A stretch of 64,000 nucleotides of DNA from Camelus dromedarius (lineage: Eukaryota). The position numbers and the translations under genes were made by a program. The stretch lies in NCBI RefSeq assembly GCF_036321535.1, contig NC_087436.1:26786001-26850000 (forward strand), written 5' to 3'. Below the pieces are notes generated by a model. It saw nothing but the letters and a program-made list of their open reading frames with translations, made no database searches and was not told the origin of the DNA. Positions 1 to 14,738 of the stretch are shown here, in pieces. How positions within the stretch are numbered: position 1 is the first letter of the stretch; each line of letters starts with the position of its first letter.

Positions 1-740
1 TTAGTATCGGCTCAAAAACTATGTCTTTCATCATATTTAAATAAAACTGTCACTTTGGAAAATTAGATTATTAATTTTCACAAGGCATGAATCTCAACCT
101 TTGTGGTACTTTTTCAATATAATCATTAAGAGAAAGTTCATGAATACTTAATGAAAAAGAGGCATTTGCATCATATAAATACCTTCAATCTCCTGTTCTG
201 TATGCAGTGGTTGCACTACCATCTGGCAAAGGTTTCAGTTGACTGAAGCTAAAGCAATAAATTAATACAGCAAAAGATGCTACCAACAGTTTTAAGCCAA
301 TTAAAATGCTTGAAGCTGACTCAATGCATGTTAAAATGTTATGTCTGTTTCTGCCAATAGCCATGTATAAAGAAATATAATAAGCCAACAATAGCTGAAG
401 GAAAGTTAGCAGGAGTCAAGGGTGCTCTTCATTGTGGGCACTTAGAGCAAAGGCTCATACAATTAAAAAGTGAATACTGGCATGTGCCACCCTCCTTACC
501 ACACCACCCTATCTCTCAGGTGAAGGGTAAAATTTCCTGTTTATTTTTATTGAACATATTAATACTTTTGTATTTCAAATAACAAAGTTTGATGTTTCAT
601 GTCTCTGAGAAACTTGTACTGATTGGGATCTATTTGTGGAAAACAAATATTTAATTTCCCAAATTTCCAGACAGCACTACTGGATTAAACAGAAGATAGA
701 TATCAGCTGCAAAATGACTTTGGAAAGAAAGTATTTTTTC

Positions 741-1256
741 CAGTTTATTTATTTTTTTTAATTTTTTAAATTGAAGTATAGATTGTTTACAACATTTCAA
801 GTGTACAGCAGTGATTGTTATATATATATTTATTTATATATATATATAATCTTTTTCAGATTCTTCTCCATTATAGTTTATTACAAGATATTGAATATAA
901 TTCCCTACACTATACATTAGGTCCTTGTTGTTTTATATATAGTCGTGCGTAATCCCAAATTCCAAATTCATCTCCCCTACCCCTTTTCTCTTTGGTAACC
1001 ATAAGTTTGTTTTTTGTGGCAAGTCTATTTCTGTTTTGTAAATAAGTTCATTTGTATCATTTTTTTTTAGATTCCACATATAAGTGATATCATATATTTC
1101 TCTTTTTCTGTCTGACTTACTTCACTTAGTATGGTAATATCTAGGTCCATCCATGCTGCTGCAAATGGCATTATTCCATTCTTTTTATGGTTGAGTAGTA
1201 TTCCATTGTTTGTATATACCACATCTTCTTTATCCATCCATCTGCTGATAGACATT
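741..1256 (-). mobile_element. 5'-truncated LINE-1 3' end (ORF2 C-terminus + 3'UTR + poly(A))
   Basis: Minus-strand ORF 1067-1255 ends ...IMPFAAAWMDLDITILSEVSQTEKEKYMISLICGI, the typical L1 ORF2-end/3'UTR translation; T-rich tail at ~741-770. Confidence 0.93.
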
Positions 1257-1760
1257 AATTGCTATTGTTTTAAAGCTAGTTTTTATTTTTGAATGTAGAT
1301 GGATAAAAGCAAGCAAATGAATATTTTATTATAATCTTTCAATACATAGGTGATCCCATAAGATCATTTAAGACTGGAAAAGCAACAGATTTCTTGTGTT
1401 TCATATATGAGACAGTAAATGTTATCTCTCATTACAATTTTCATTTGTAAACATGAACAACTTTCTAAGTTCACATTTCTAAGGCTGGTAATGTGTACCT
1501 TAAATTCTGATTATAAATAAAATCCATGGGTCTTGGTGGTGGGGGGTTAGTTATATAATTTTTCTGAGAAGTGTGGTCTGTTTGATTGCTATTTATCCTT
1601 ATCATCATAATTTTCAGTTAAATATAAATATTCTTAAAGCCCAATTTGTTGATTCAGTCTTTCAATTATGTGGGCAATTTTAGAGACACTAACATAAATT
1701 AAAAGAACCAGAAATTCCTAAATACTATCTATCTATCATCTAAAAATCATCTTTTTTATA

Positions 1761-3979
1761 GAGGCATACCTCAGAGAAATTGCAAGTTCAGTTCCAGACT
1801 ACAATAAAGCAAATATTGCAATAACGTGAGTCACACAAACTTTTTGGTTTCCCAGTGCATATAAAAATTATATTTACATTACACTATTGTCTCTTAGGTG
1901 TGCAAAAGCATTGTGTCTAAAAAAATATATATGTACCTAAATTTAAAACACTTTATCACTACAAAGTGCTAACCATAAGCTGAGTCTTCAGCAAGTCAAT
2001 CTTTTTTCTGGTGGAGGGTCTTGCCTTGTGTGGGTGGTTACTGAAGACTGGGGTGGCTGTGGCAATTTCTTAAAATAATAATAGAATTTGCCACATTGAT
2101 AGACTCTTCCTTTCATAAATGATTTCTCTGTAGCATGCAATTCTGTTTGATAGCATTTTACCCACAGTAGAATGTCTTACAAAAAACATTTTCTTTGTTT
2201 ATCAATAAGAAGCAACTCATCCTTTAAAATTTTATTATGAGATTGCAGCAATTCAGTAACATCTCTAGACTCCACTTCTAATTCTAGCTTTCTTGCTATT
2301 TTCACCACAGCTGCAGTTACTTCTTCCATTAAATCCTTAATTCCTCAAAGTCATCCATGAGGGTTGGAATCAGCTTCTTCCAAACTCTTATTAACGTTAA
2401 TATTTTGACCTCTTCCCATGAATCACAAATGTCCTTAACAGCATCTAGGATGGTGAATACTTTTCATAAGCTTTTCAATTAGCTTTACCAAGATCCATCA
2501 GAGGAAGCACTATCTACAGCAGATATAGGCTTATGAAATGTATTTCTTAATAATAAGAATTGAACATTGAAATGACTCCTTGATTCATGGGCTGCAAATG
2601 GGTATTGTGTTAGCAGCAGTGAAAGCAACATTAATCCCATTGTACACTTCCATCAGGGCTCTTGGGTGACTAGGTGCACTGTCAACTAGCAGTAATATTT
2701 TGAAAGGAATCTTTCTTCCTGAGCAGTACGTCTCAACAGCGGGCTTAAAATATTCAGTAAACCATGTTATAAACAGATGTGCTGTCATCCAGGCTCCTTG
2801 TTCCATTAGTAGAGCACTGGCAAAGTAGATTTAGCATAATTCTTAAATGTCCTAGGATTTTTGGAATGGTAAGAGAACATTGGTTTCTACTTAAAGTCAT
2901 TGGCTGCATTAGCCCCTAACAAGAGAATCAGCCTGTCCTTTGAAGCCAGAAATTGACTTCTCCTCTCTAGTTATAAAAGTCCTAGTTGGCATCTTCTTCC
3001 AATAGAGGGCTGTTTTATCAGCACTAAAAATCCATTTTTTAGTGTAGCCACCTTCATTAATTATCTCAGATCTTCTGGACAACTTGCTGCAGTATCTCCA
3101 TCAGCACTTGCCACTCCACCTTGCACTTTTACATTATAAAGATGGCTTCCTTCCGTAAACCTCTGCTAGCTTCAAACTTTTCTTCTGCAGCTTCCTCACC
3201 TCTCTCAGCCTTTATAGAATTGAAAAGAGCCAGGGTCTTGCTCTGGATTAGACTTTGGTTTATGGGAAAGCTGTGGCTAGTTTGATTTTCTGTCTAGACC
3301 ACTAAAACTTTCTCCACATCAACAAAAAAGCTGTTTAGCTTTCTTACCATTTGTGTGTTCACTGGAGTAGCACTTTTAATTTCCTTCAAGAATTTTACAG
3401 TTTCATTCACAAACTTGGGTAATTGTTTGGCACAAGAGTCCTAGCCTTTGGACTATCTCTGTCTCTGACATGCCTTCTTCACTAAGCCCAATTATGTCTA
3501 ACTTTTGATTTAAAGCAAGATTTGTGCAACTCTTCCTTTTACTTGAACACTTAGAGGCCATTATTAAGGTTATTAATTAGCCCGATTTCAATATTATTAT
3601 GTCTTAGGGAATAGAGAGGTCTGAGAAGAGGGAGAGAAACCAGGGGAAGAGCAAGTCAGTAAAGCAGTCAAAACACACACAGCATTTATGGATTAAGTTC
3701 AATGTCTCATATAGGTGTGGTTTGCCCCCAAATAATTACAATGTGATGTCAAAGATCATTGATCATAGTTCACCATAACAAACATTATAATAATGAAAAG
3801 GGTTGAAATATTGGGAGAATTACTAAAATGTGACACAGAGACATGAAGTGAGCAAATGCTGTTGGAGAAAGAGAGTCAATAGACTAGTTTGATGCAGCGT
3901 TGCCATAAATCTTCAATTTGTGAAAAACAGTATCTGTGAAGTGCAATAAAACAAAGCACAATAAAATAATGGATGCCTG
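1761..3979 (-). mobile_element. Near-full-length Tigger1 (TcMar/pogo) DNA transposon, decayed
   Basis: Terminal inverted repeats (ta)gaggcatacctc... at 1761 and ...ggatgcctg at 3979. Minus ORF 2585-2806 ([24 protein letters not shown]...[13 protein letters not shown]) is the Tigger1 DDE transposase core. Confidence 0.95.
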
Positions 3980-5289
3980 TCCCCATCTATCTCCTGAAAT
4001 GAAATTTATGGATACTGTGGTGATGATACAGATTGATTCAAATATCCAGTGGCTCTAAAAACATGCCTAGGCTTGGATCCCATGCTGTCCTGCCTCAGTA
4101 ATGGAGTACAGTGAATAGTATCACTTCAGTCATGGGCACACAGAGCCAAAACCAAAGGGTCAGTAGGATAATCCCCATCAAAATACAGGAACAATCTTAC
4201 CTGCACAATAGGGAAATACTATTCTGGGAAGGTAAAACAACAAATATCCACCACAACTTTAATTTGTAGTCCTCTTTTCTGCTCACTTTTTTTGAGTTTC
4301 TTAAATTTATCTCAGCATATGATTGTTTATTTGGCCAAAATCACAATATTATGTGAGTGGATAAGACATACAAGATGGTGTCATATTGCTATGACTACTC
4401 CTATGATGAAGACCAGTACTGTTACACTGTGGACAATGCTTCCCTGATATCAGTTACAATCAGAATAACTAGCAAATACAATATTCAACTATTTATTGAG
4501 TACTATGTGCCCACATTTTTCTAACCATTTTATTATTTTTATATTAATTAAATTTAATGTTTATAAAATTAAATAATTATATCAATTATTTAATTAATTA
4601 ATATAAAATAATTATATTCATTGGATTAATTTTATACTAATAATAATTTTATGTTAATTAAGATCTCTGGAGAAAGAAAGATTTGGGTTTGAATGCTCCT
4701 GATAGGAACTTAACAGTCTAAGCTATTATTTTCTCATGAAGATTATAGCAGCATATATTTCATTGCCTTGTCATTATATTTAAATGAAAAATATATATAC
4801 ATTAACACAATATTTGCTGAGGTCTCAGTAAATGTTAGCTATTCATTAATGTCATAGATGAACCTGAGGTTTTGCATAATTATGTTACTTGTTCATTGTC
4901 ACAAGGGTAAAAGATAACATGGTTTAAATCTTGTCTCTCTGACTTCAGAATCCTTATTTTGAAACATTGCACCATTTTTCCAGGACCCCATTATTAATGC
5001 AATGGCTTTTCTATTATATATTAAAAGTCACAGAATTTTTATATAGAAAAGACAGTAGAATATATACAGATTAGATGCCTGCTTTACATAGGATGATACT
5101 GTAGCCAGAGAATATTCAGTTCCATGGCAAATATCACAGAATTGGTTAATGGCTCAGTTGAGACCAGAAGTTAGTTTTCTTGACTCCCAAATCAGTGCTT
5201 TAAAATGATGTTATTTTGAAAGAATCAGGAGAATGTATATTACATAAACATGGTTTCTGAATCATCAATAAAATGAAAATGAATACTAA

Positions 5290-5560
5290 GTGAAGTGACT
5301 CATCATCAAATTTTAGAAAAAGAGTATGTTCGACAATACTGAAATGATCACCTCCCTCCATAATAGAAGTCATCATAATCCTGAATTTTACCACTTTGTC
5401 TTTAAAAATGTGTACTATATATATACACACACACATATATACATATATATACTTGTTGTTTAGTTTTGCTTGCTTTTGAACCTTATAAACTTGTATCAAA
5501 CTACTAAATATTATTAATCTATTATATTTACATAAGACCAGATATGTTACCTCTCTCATA
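5290..5560 (-). mobile_element. Ancient L1 (L1ME-like) 3' fragment
   Basis: Motifs 'catcataatcctgaatttta' and 'tagttttgcttgcttttgaaccttataaa' resemble old L1M 3' ends; boundaries approximate. Confidence 0.45.
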
Positions 5561-8329
5561 TAGAACATGGAATATACACAGAAAAAAATTTATCAAAGGA
5601 GCTTTCTGTAATTATGCTTAACTAAATTTGTCACTCCCTGAGCATCTGTAAAGTGCCTAAGTCAATCAAGAAGAGAAGACAGACAAGATATTTTTCTATA
5701 CCAAGTAGGAAATATGTAACTCCTCAAATACGGCAACCTACTTTATGAAAAGAACCTATTGGTTATGGGAAATAATCATGAATACCAGCTAAATGGAAAC
5801 AGATCCCTTGGGTGAAAAGCGAGGGACTATTAAAAATAAAATAGTAGGCAGTATGAATGCTTTTATCTGGATGTTGGTTTGATTAAGAACACATGCAGTA
5901 TGTTAAAGCCATTAAAATCTCCCTGGTTACCTACCTGAACAAGAGTAGAATCACACTTTCAAACAGCGCATGACCCCCATGATACACCCACTTTCCACTT
6001 ATCCTTTAGACTCATCCCTGCACCCCTTATCAAATCCTCTGCTCTTTTCCTCATATCAATCTATGTAATTTCTTTCATTTGTCATCATTGCTTATTCATT
6101 TTATGTGCTCAAAGAACAAAATAATATGCTGTGTTTTCTACTCTCTCAACACATTTAATCATACATATTGAAATCATAACTGCAAAAGACATGCAAGAGT
6201 AACATTACTAATAAAAATACTGTGTTTCATCTCCCTAAACACCTTTAGCTTCATACAGAGGAAGCCCTTATCATAGTTAACTGGATGACTTCATGTATTC
6301 ACACGTCCTACCCCTACCTTTGCTGGGCTGCTTTACTTCCATTCAAATATGTTTCCAAAACTTCAATCCAAGCACTGTCTTCTCAGAACATCCACCTGTT
6401 GTCCGTGTCAGAGAGAGAATCCCTTCTTCTATGTACCCATAGCACCCACTCACATCACTGTCATGAGCCCTAATTATTCGGGACTGTCATTATAAGAAAT
6501 TTGCCTGAAATAGCTTTGAAGATGGGTGGTATGTCTTATTCATCCAACTCTCAGCGTGAAGCAAACTATCTTGTATGTGAAAACATACAAGCTATTAATT
6601 AGTGGAAAGAATTTGTTAAGGATCACCAAGAAAAGAGTTTCTATACAACAGTGGTCATATATTCTCTTTTTCTTCTACTTTCCAAATTTTGCTACTAATC
6701 CAAATGCTTCTGAGTACTTTGGGTTAGACTATCACTTTAAAAAAATGAGGGCCTACCTCATGAATTTGCCTCAAAATCAGTATTTTCAAATCAGACACAC
6801 ATTATATGAATATTTAAGCCTTTCTTTGCATTTAGCAATAATGCTTTTCTGATATGAGCTATATTTTGCTCCTATTATTTTCTGAGACTGTTAAGCCTGT
6901 CTTCTTATCCTGTGTCCACAATTGGCATAACTCATACCCAATAAGGTGATAATTTAGCATAATTTGAATAGAAACAAAGTTAATACAGTGAAGTATGGGG
7001 GCCCTCCACTAAGAGACAATGATCAAATGACAGAATAAGATTGATATTTTTAAAGTTTGTGAATGTTAATGTGGGAGAAAAAACTGTTATTATTTTTTAT
7101 TTTTATCTTGTCATGTTTTAACCTCTTTATATGAAGCATAACATTGCCTACCTCCATTTCAATTAAAAGTCTTCTTTTTTGATTACATCCATAGCATTAA
7201 ATGTGTGAAATAATTATGTACATAAGTGACCTTTAAAAAAAGTAAAAAGTGCTTTACAGATCAGGAAATACAAGTTTAATCACAACCTTACTTATTTTGA
7301 AGTTAGAAAAGCATTATTTTAATTTAAAATAAAGGCATTCCGCTGAATGCTAAATGCTTGGCATTATGCAGAGTGGATATAGACTATTATAATAGTGCTT
7401 CACCCAGGTGTATATATTTCAAAACTACCATCATGATAATCTACTCATCTCATATTTGATGAGCATAGAAAACGGTATTGTAAGCTTGCCATGCTTCAAG
7501 ATTTATCACTAAAAACCTGTCTTTAAAGCATTTCTGAGTTGTAAGTTAATCATAATGAAAGCACCTTTATGATGTTATTATTTTCAATGCATTTTATATA
7601 CACAGAGTGGTTTTACAGAAATAATCACATTTTTTAAGCATCGTCACCAGACACATCCTGATTGCCAAAGAATGAGTAAAACAAATAGAAGAGTCAATCA
7701 TATTTGTAATGGAATTGGAATTAAGTACAGACAAAATCAACTTACATAGTTTACAATGTGTGTTGAGATTTTGCTAGTACAATAATATTCTTGACAATAA
7801 TAATAACTATAATATTTATTGAAAGCATACTGAATGTTACAGCACCATGATAAGGCAAAATAGATCTGAAATTTCTTAGTATTTTTCAAGTTACTTAAAA
7901 ACTTTTAATGTCTTTTTTTCACTAATAATGCACAGCAATGTACATTTGGAGAGAGATAATAGATTGATAGATTACATAGCTAGCTAGCTAGCTAGCCTCA
8001 TTTTGCCTTGTGAAAATACTTAAATTTCTCAGGATGAGAAATATACACATGCATTTCTAATGTATTGATCATCAATATACACCAATATACTAGATATGCA
8101 TTGTGAAAATAAATTGTTCTCTAATAATTCATTTTACTCTTGTGTAAGTATTATACATGAATATCTTCTTGATAATATATGGGTGGTATGCATATTTCAC
8201 TATTTTTTTTCTGTTTTGAAGTAAATATGTTAAAATTTTCATAAAATATGTTATAACAAAATACATATAATTTCCATTTCTGTGACCATGAGAGTAGACA
8301 AATACTTTACACTAGGACACTTTACTAGC

Positions 8330-10640
8330 TGTATCATTTATATATACTCCCACACCTAGTGGCCTAAAACACAAACTTGTTTTTTACCACAATTCTGTGG
8401 GTTGGGAATTTGGGCAGAGGTCAGTAGAGATGGCCTATGTATGTTCCAGGTAATGTGAGGAAGCATTAATCACGTTTGCAGTCAGATGGCAGGTTGGTTG
8501 AATGCTGTCTGGTCACAGATTTCCTTATTTACATGTGTGGTTTGACTGCAACTGTCAGCTGAAGTATCAGTATATCCTCTCCATGCCCTCTCCACAGCTA
8601 GTTTAGGATTACTCACATGGTCACTGAGTTTCAAAAGGACAAGTGTCCGTGCATGAGGTTATTAAGCCTCTACCTCTGTCACAGGTTTCAATGTCCCATT
8701 GGTCAAAACAAGCTGAAGTTTAGAGATTACACAAAGGTCAGGATAACCATGAGGTATAATTCATTGCTGGATATTAATGTGACAACATACCATAGAATGT
8801 GACTCTAATAAGTCACAACCTTACTTCATGAAAAATATACTTAGCCTCTTCTAAGATATCTCAAAGCTCAAATAGTCACACATTAAGTCTAAATGTCACA
8901 GTCTCAGGATCTGAATTACATCAAGATGCAGGTGAAGCTTTTTGATATCCTTGAGTATTTCTCCTCTTTATACATGGACTTCAGAATTAAAACAAAAGGA
9001 TATCTATTTGACATTCCACATGCAAAGTTAGGAGAGGGACACGACAATGGATTTTTACATTTCTGTTCAAAGTAATAGAAGTAATAGAAAGCACATAGGA
9101 ACACTGGATCACAGAAATTTTAAAATTCAGTCAGACACACATTTTTCAGGCCCCCTATCCTAAGGACAGAAAATTTTCATTGATTAGAGCCCAGTTCCAG
9201 TTCTTTGGTGAAACTCCCTTTCCAATTTTCTCCATGTAGCTTAGATCTGTCATTTGGGCTGTTGGTTCTGCCCTCTGAGAGATTATTCCTTTTCTATCAG
9301 TAATGGCCTGTGTTTGCAGCTGAATAGCTTTCACAATGTTTCCTTATCAAAGAAAGTTAGAAAAGTAGAGGACTTTTTTTTTTTCTTCATTTTGAATCAT
9401 CTCAATTTCTTACTGTCCAGTCTTTAGGTGCTCTTTTAAATACAATTATTTTAAATTCTTTGAGTGTTACTCATGAATCTTATTGACATTTACTCCATGA
9501 TTCAAAAGCCACTTTCGTAATTCTTTTAAAGACAATCTTTACTTTGCTTTTATCAGGCTGCTGTGGGACTGAACACTTAACATTCTTATAAACGTTGTAT
9601 AAATAAGAGGGTCTTTAAACACCAACTTGAAAATTTCCAACGTTTTATGAAGGGGTCTTACAGTCATAAACCAGGTCATTTCTTATGTGAGAATATCTTG
9701 CCTAATAAGAGATACACACGATTTTATTCTTCATCCCAGACACCATGTACTGCATTTTCAGTTTCCTCTAAATTCTGCTTAAAAAGTGAATACTTGACTT
9801 ATTTAGTAATTCTTGAATGAAGTACCATGTCATATGCACTAGAAATTCTAATATTTTCAATATTTTTTTCTAGAAATTGACTTAGCCAGATGCACAAAAA
9901 CTTTAGGTTATTATTAATTTTTTTTCATCTTCCAAGTTACTAAGTGATACCATTTGCCACTTATTTTGCTACTATATAACATGAGTTTCCTTTTTATCAG
10001 CCTCCAATAATAGTTTCACACCTACTTTCTGGTCTTATCTAGACATGACAAACTGCCGTCTCATACATTTTTGGTTAGCACCTATCCCTAATCTTGAAGC
10101 CGTTGTCTCATATTTTAGGTTTTCAATAGCACTGCAAATCCAGTGCCAATTTCTGTATTTATTATCTGTTGCTGCAAAACAAATCATCAAAATCTCAGTG
10201 GCTTAAAAAAGCAACCATTTATATGTTTTCTATTATAGGTTACCAACTTTGGCACTGAGGTAGGTGAGGCTGCTTTATGTGGTGTCAGCCTTTCTCCCTC
10301 ATGCTTTTGCTGTCAGTTGACATGTTGATTGGGGACTGGCTGGTCCTGGATGGCTAGTCACTTGACTGTCAGTTCTTTGGTGCTGTCAGTCAGATTACCT
10401 CAATTTTCCTACACATGGCTTTTCCGTAGGCTAGTTTGGGCATCCTTAGATGACAGCTAGTTTCCAAGAAGAGAAACCTCAATATATAAACACTTAAAAA
10501 GTCTCTGTTTATGTCACATTGGCTTATGTTCCTTGGCTAAAGTTAAGTCACATGGTTGAGCTCAGTCATTGTGGGAGGGAACTATATAAGCTCATAGCTA
10601 CTAGGATTGGCAGAAGCCATTAATATAACTACTTCCCACA
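8330..10640 (-). mobile_element. Old MaLR provirus (MLT1-family LTR - internal - LTR)
   Basis: Two diverged MLT1-like LTRs (~8330-8794 and 10154-10640) share the 'cagtggcttaaaa..caa..catttat' head and 'cattaat..aac..ccaca' tail pattern. They flank ~1.35 kb of internal sequence whose right end (cagtgccaatttc) is the reverse of the MaLR-int start. Confidence 0.75.
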
Positions 10641-11726
10641 GTGGCTATCTTTTTTTCCTTTTTTTTTTTTTTTCCGGTATTTTGATTATGACTCACAGTT
10701 GTAAAAAGTTCCTGCAAAATAAAGGACCTGATATTCTGGCTATAGATAAAGCAGAGAAATTTTTTTCATCCCAGACCACCTTCTCTTACAAGTTAGACTT
10801 GTTTTATGTGATATATAAAAATAACAACAATAATAGTTGAAAAGAAAGCAAACAAGTATTAATGGAGACCATAAAACAGGCAAAGCACAGTGGAATAAGC
10901 TATTATTTCTTAGGTCTGAATTCCAGAGGGAATGCTTAACTCCATATTCCTCATAAACTGTTCTCTTTCAAACCATCTCCTCTCCCATGTAGCACGGTAC
11001 TTCTCTTGATCTTGTTGAGACTAAATATTTCATTCAGTAATCATTTTCAAAGACTTCAGAGATATCTCCCAAGCAATACTGCAGATATTTTAAATTGTCA
11101 AGGGTATATAACTTTTTAAGAGTATGACTTAAGTATACTCAAAATGAGAGATCAGATTTAAAGGACTTCTTTAGATTTTATCCCATCTTTTTAATGTGTG
11201 CTCAGTCTTTGACAGTGTCTTTCAGCATTAAGGAGTACTTAACCCACATCTAAAATAAGTACAATAACAATATAATCACCATATAATGGTTAACATATTT
11301 GAATCTCATTGTGAGTTTGGTGTGGCTGGAGGGCAGAGTATTGGGTGGGTGGACAAAGGTTATAATAAGGGAGATCCAGTATGATCTGATTTAGAGTTTA
11401 TTCTTTGTGTCCCTGTAAACAATGAAGTGTTTCAAGCATATTTAAACACAACTAGACTTTTTTATGTAAGACAAATCTTTGGACGATGCATTTGTAAGAT
11501 AATTAATGCTTCATTAAAAAAATCAGGGGAAGTTTTTTTTTTTTAACAAGATAAAATATCATTAGTAAATGAACTGAGGAGAAAGAATAGGTGATGATCT
11601 GTTCACAGTGCTGAATGATACATAGTTTCATGATGAAAGGACATAGTTTATTGAGAGCTTGAATGTGGGAAAAGAGTAAGTGCATTTGAAGGGGACTTCT
11701 AGTTTTTTATATCACATTGATATTAC

Positions 11727-12978
11727 TGTGGTGGACTTGCATCAAGTCAACTTAGCAAAAATGGAACTGTTAGGTAGTTTAGAATACAAATGAGCACTGG
11801 GCAGGGGAAGAGGAAGGGGAAAGGAACAAGGCAGAAAATGGCAGTGTATCTGCATTCAGGAAAAAGGACTCCAGAAATTTTTACTTTCTCTAAATGAGGG
11901 CCAGTAAAAGAAACCAGTTAAAATCAAAGCACTGCAGCTGCGCATGGGAGGGGGATTTGGTATAACGTGACCCAATGAACCTGCACAAAAGGGAATGGGC
12001 ATGCCAGAACACAGGAAACCTGAGTTATCAGTCAATCAGTCAATCAATCAATCACAGAAATGCCCTAGGCCAGGAGGTAAGACAGAAAAAAAAAGAGCCG
12101 TGCCACTTGTCCTCTCTTGGATTGGCCCACTCCTAATTCTCAGAAGTGTACTATCTTTTACTTTTTTAACTTCACTAATAAAAATCTTGCTTATATCACG
12201 CTCTTTGTCTCTTGTCAAAAATTCTTTTTTTTGGGTGACTAAGAACTGAGGTAATTCTTATTTTCCTTTTTTCAGTAACAGAACAACATTTCTCAGAGCT
12301 TCCCCACCTCATGAACCATGAGAGATATTTCACATGAACTTTTGAAGGTGTAAATGAAGAAACAGCCATCTTCTTATGCTCAAAAACTTTGCAGTGGATA
12401 CAGGTTGTCGTGGCAGATCATGCATGTTGATATTTATCTGTGTGCTCACCTAGTGGGCTTGGGGTAGTAGGTGGGCCCACAGCAGTTCAAACTTCTGCTA
12501 AATCTCCTGTTTTAGCTTCTCTAGGCAATGTGTGCATTTAACTCCATGACGAAGGGTGACAGCTTCTGCAGACAACCCATCCTCCAGCTGGAGATCTGGA
12601 GGTGGCTGGTTCCAATACATAGTCATTATTTCTAGTTCAGACTCAGTTTCCTGTTTATCTTTGTTTCTGTCACTTTACCTCTATTTCCCTTTTCTGACTG
12701 CTTGTCCTTCAGACCTCAGTCTTCAGCACCAGAAACAGAAAAACAATCTCACCTAGACTGCATGTCCCCACAATTATGCAAGGTAAAATCCTTGTAATAA
12801 ATTATATATAGACAGACAGGTAGAATGACAATCCTTATAATAAATTATGGATAAAATTTATGTAGACAGATATTGGTAATGTATAGATATATCAAAAGAT
12901 ATAGATGTATAAGTAGATTCAATACTTAATTTTTATGTATCCTAGCTGTATTGCTTTACTGATCATATCTTAATACGA
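11727..12978 (+). mobile_element. MLT2E/F-like (ERVL) LTR interrupted by a younger solo LTR
   Basis: Starts tgtggtggacttgcatcaagtcaacttagc, resumes after 12280 with 'acatttctcagagcttcccc', and has an MLT2-type tail (aatccttgtaataaa...tatcctagctgtattgctttactg). Confidence 0.65.
11768..12280 (+). mobile_element. ERV1-class solo LTR (513 bp)
   Basis: TGTTA...TAACA inverted termini, perfect 4-bp TSD GAAC (11764-11767 / 12281-12284), AATAAA near 12177. Confidence 0.88.
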
Positions 12979-12989
12979 TTATTAACTGG

Positions 12990-13620
12990 ATAACAAAACA
13001 AGAGAAGGATTCATTAGTAGAAAAGAATTATTGAGCACAGTTTTTAACATGCTATTTTTAGTTGCCTGGAATTTATCCAGGGAAAGACCAACAGATCTGA
13101 ATTTTAGGATATAATATTTGGCTGAAGCTAAATATTTGGAAGTGGACAGCATATCAGTGGTAGTGGTACCCATGGATATAAATGGAGCTTGAGAAAAGCT
13201 GAGGGCAAAAAAGCTGTTAGTAAACACTAACAGTTAAGAAGGAAAGAGAGAGAGAGAAACCCATAGAGAGACTGAAAGGAAAGAATGAAGAAATTAGAAG
13301 AACAGCATTCCAGAAGCCAAAAAAGGAAAGAGATTAGAGAAGGTCATAAGCAGCAGACTAAAATATCACAGGTGTATCAAGTAAAATCAGAAGTTAAAGT
13401 AATCCATGGATTGGGCAATTTGACATTGCTCATTTTGGCAATAGTAGCTTCAGTGAAAAGGCAAAGTAAAAGTCCCAGTGGATTAGACCAAGTGGTAAAT
13501 GGGAATTTCGGGAAGTGCTAAGGATATGTGGACTCCTTGGAAGTATAGGTGTGGGGGGAAGAGGAAAAACAATTCTTAGCTAGAGTGTATTTTGAGACCA
13601 GGGTTTTTGTCTGTTTATGC
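12990..13620. mobile_element. L2 fragment
   Basis: L2-like motifs 'tatttggaagtggacagcatatcagtggt' and 'atccatggattgggcaatttgacattgctcattttggcaatagtagcttcagtg'. Confidence 0.6.
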
Positions 13621-13898
13621 TCAAGATGAGATGGAATTAAAAGCAAAGCCTGAGGGAACAGAGATGATAAATGGGGGAGGGGGAGGATGAGGATTGTTAA
13701 ATTTGGTTTTCAGATGGATGTCAGCCTAGATCTAGATTATTTAATGAAACTTGGCTGGGGGAAATTTATAGTGTTCTATTAAATTAATGAAAGTATTAAG
13801 GATAGATGTGCTGCAGATAGGTTTATAAGGGTGGGAGAAGAAACTGAGGAAATAGTTGAGGGATCTCATAACAAATACAATTTTATTTATAAATCAAC

Positions 13899-14020
13899 TA
13901 GTGGGTTGAATAGTGTCTCTTGAAAAGATATGACCAAGTCCTAACCCCTAGTCCCTGTGTATATGACCTTATTTGGAAATAGGGTCTCTGCATGTTATCA
14001 GGTTAACCTGAGGTCACAAG
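13899..14020 (+). mobile_element. MLT1 LTR 5' fragment
   Basis: 'gggttgaatagtgtctc...gtcctaacccctagt...tgaccttatttggaaatagggtctctgca' matches the MLT1B/C-type head. Confidence 0.75.
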
Positions 14021-14064
14021 GGGTATGATGTCAGAGACTGTACATTTGAGTCTGTTTGTGGTTA

Positions 14065-14688
14065 TATTAGAACAGGCAGATAGCTAGATACGAGCAGAGA
14101 ATGGGGGACACAGGCCAAATGGTGGAAATTGGGCAAAAAGGAGGGGCATATGCCAAATGCAGGAGACCATATATTATATAAACAAGGGATCCCTGGGCAG
14201 AGAAGGAAAAGCAGGAACCTCTGGGCTGATAAGCAGTCACTCAAGTGGCCTGAAGGCCAACAAAGAAAGGTGGGAAAAGGCGGGAATCTCCAGAATCCAA
14301 ATGTCACCTTTTGCTCATTATGCCCTCATTTGAATAAAATTAGCCTTGCCAATTAGAAGTACCCATCATGCACTGATGCCAGGACACTTCTGATCTGGAC
14401 TAAATAAAGATAAAAATCACCCCTTCTCTTAGGAAGGTGGAGCTGGGATGAAAATCAGAGAATACAACCCCAAACCCTTCCCTCCGCAACGAATATTCCT
14501 CCCATTCTTCTTTACACAATATGTAACCAACTTGCCAAAGAAACCCAGAGCAGCTACTTACCTGACCCTGCCTGCTCTCCCCTTGAGGGCGCACTATCTA
14601 TCCCTTAATAAATCCCCACTTCATTTTCTTAACCTCTGTGTCTCATCTCTGAATTCTTTCTGTGACAATAATCTAATCACTGGCAACA
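14065..14688 (+). mobile_element. ERV1-class solo LTR (~624 bp)
   Basis: Begins tattagaacaggcagatagctagatacgagcag (TG mutated to TA), ends ...ggcaaca. Near-TSD gtta/gttg; AATAAA at ~14607. Confidence 0.8.
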
Positions 14689-14738
14689 GTTGTTTGTGAG
14701 CAAACCACTAATTACAGCAAATATAATGAAAGTGACAG

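Noticed and set aside
4520..4665. Extremely AT-rich tract
   Set aside because: Low-complexity expansion with no discernible unit or structure.
5200..5568. 122-aa minus ORF
   Set aside because: Overlaps an old L1 fragment and a TA/CA low-complexity tract.
11113..11145. Imperfect palindrome ttttaagagtatgacttaagtatactcaaaa
   Set aside because: Short, AT-rich and imperfect; expected by chance.
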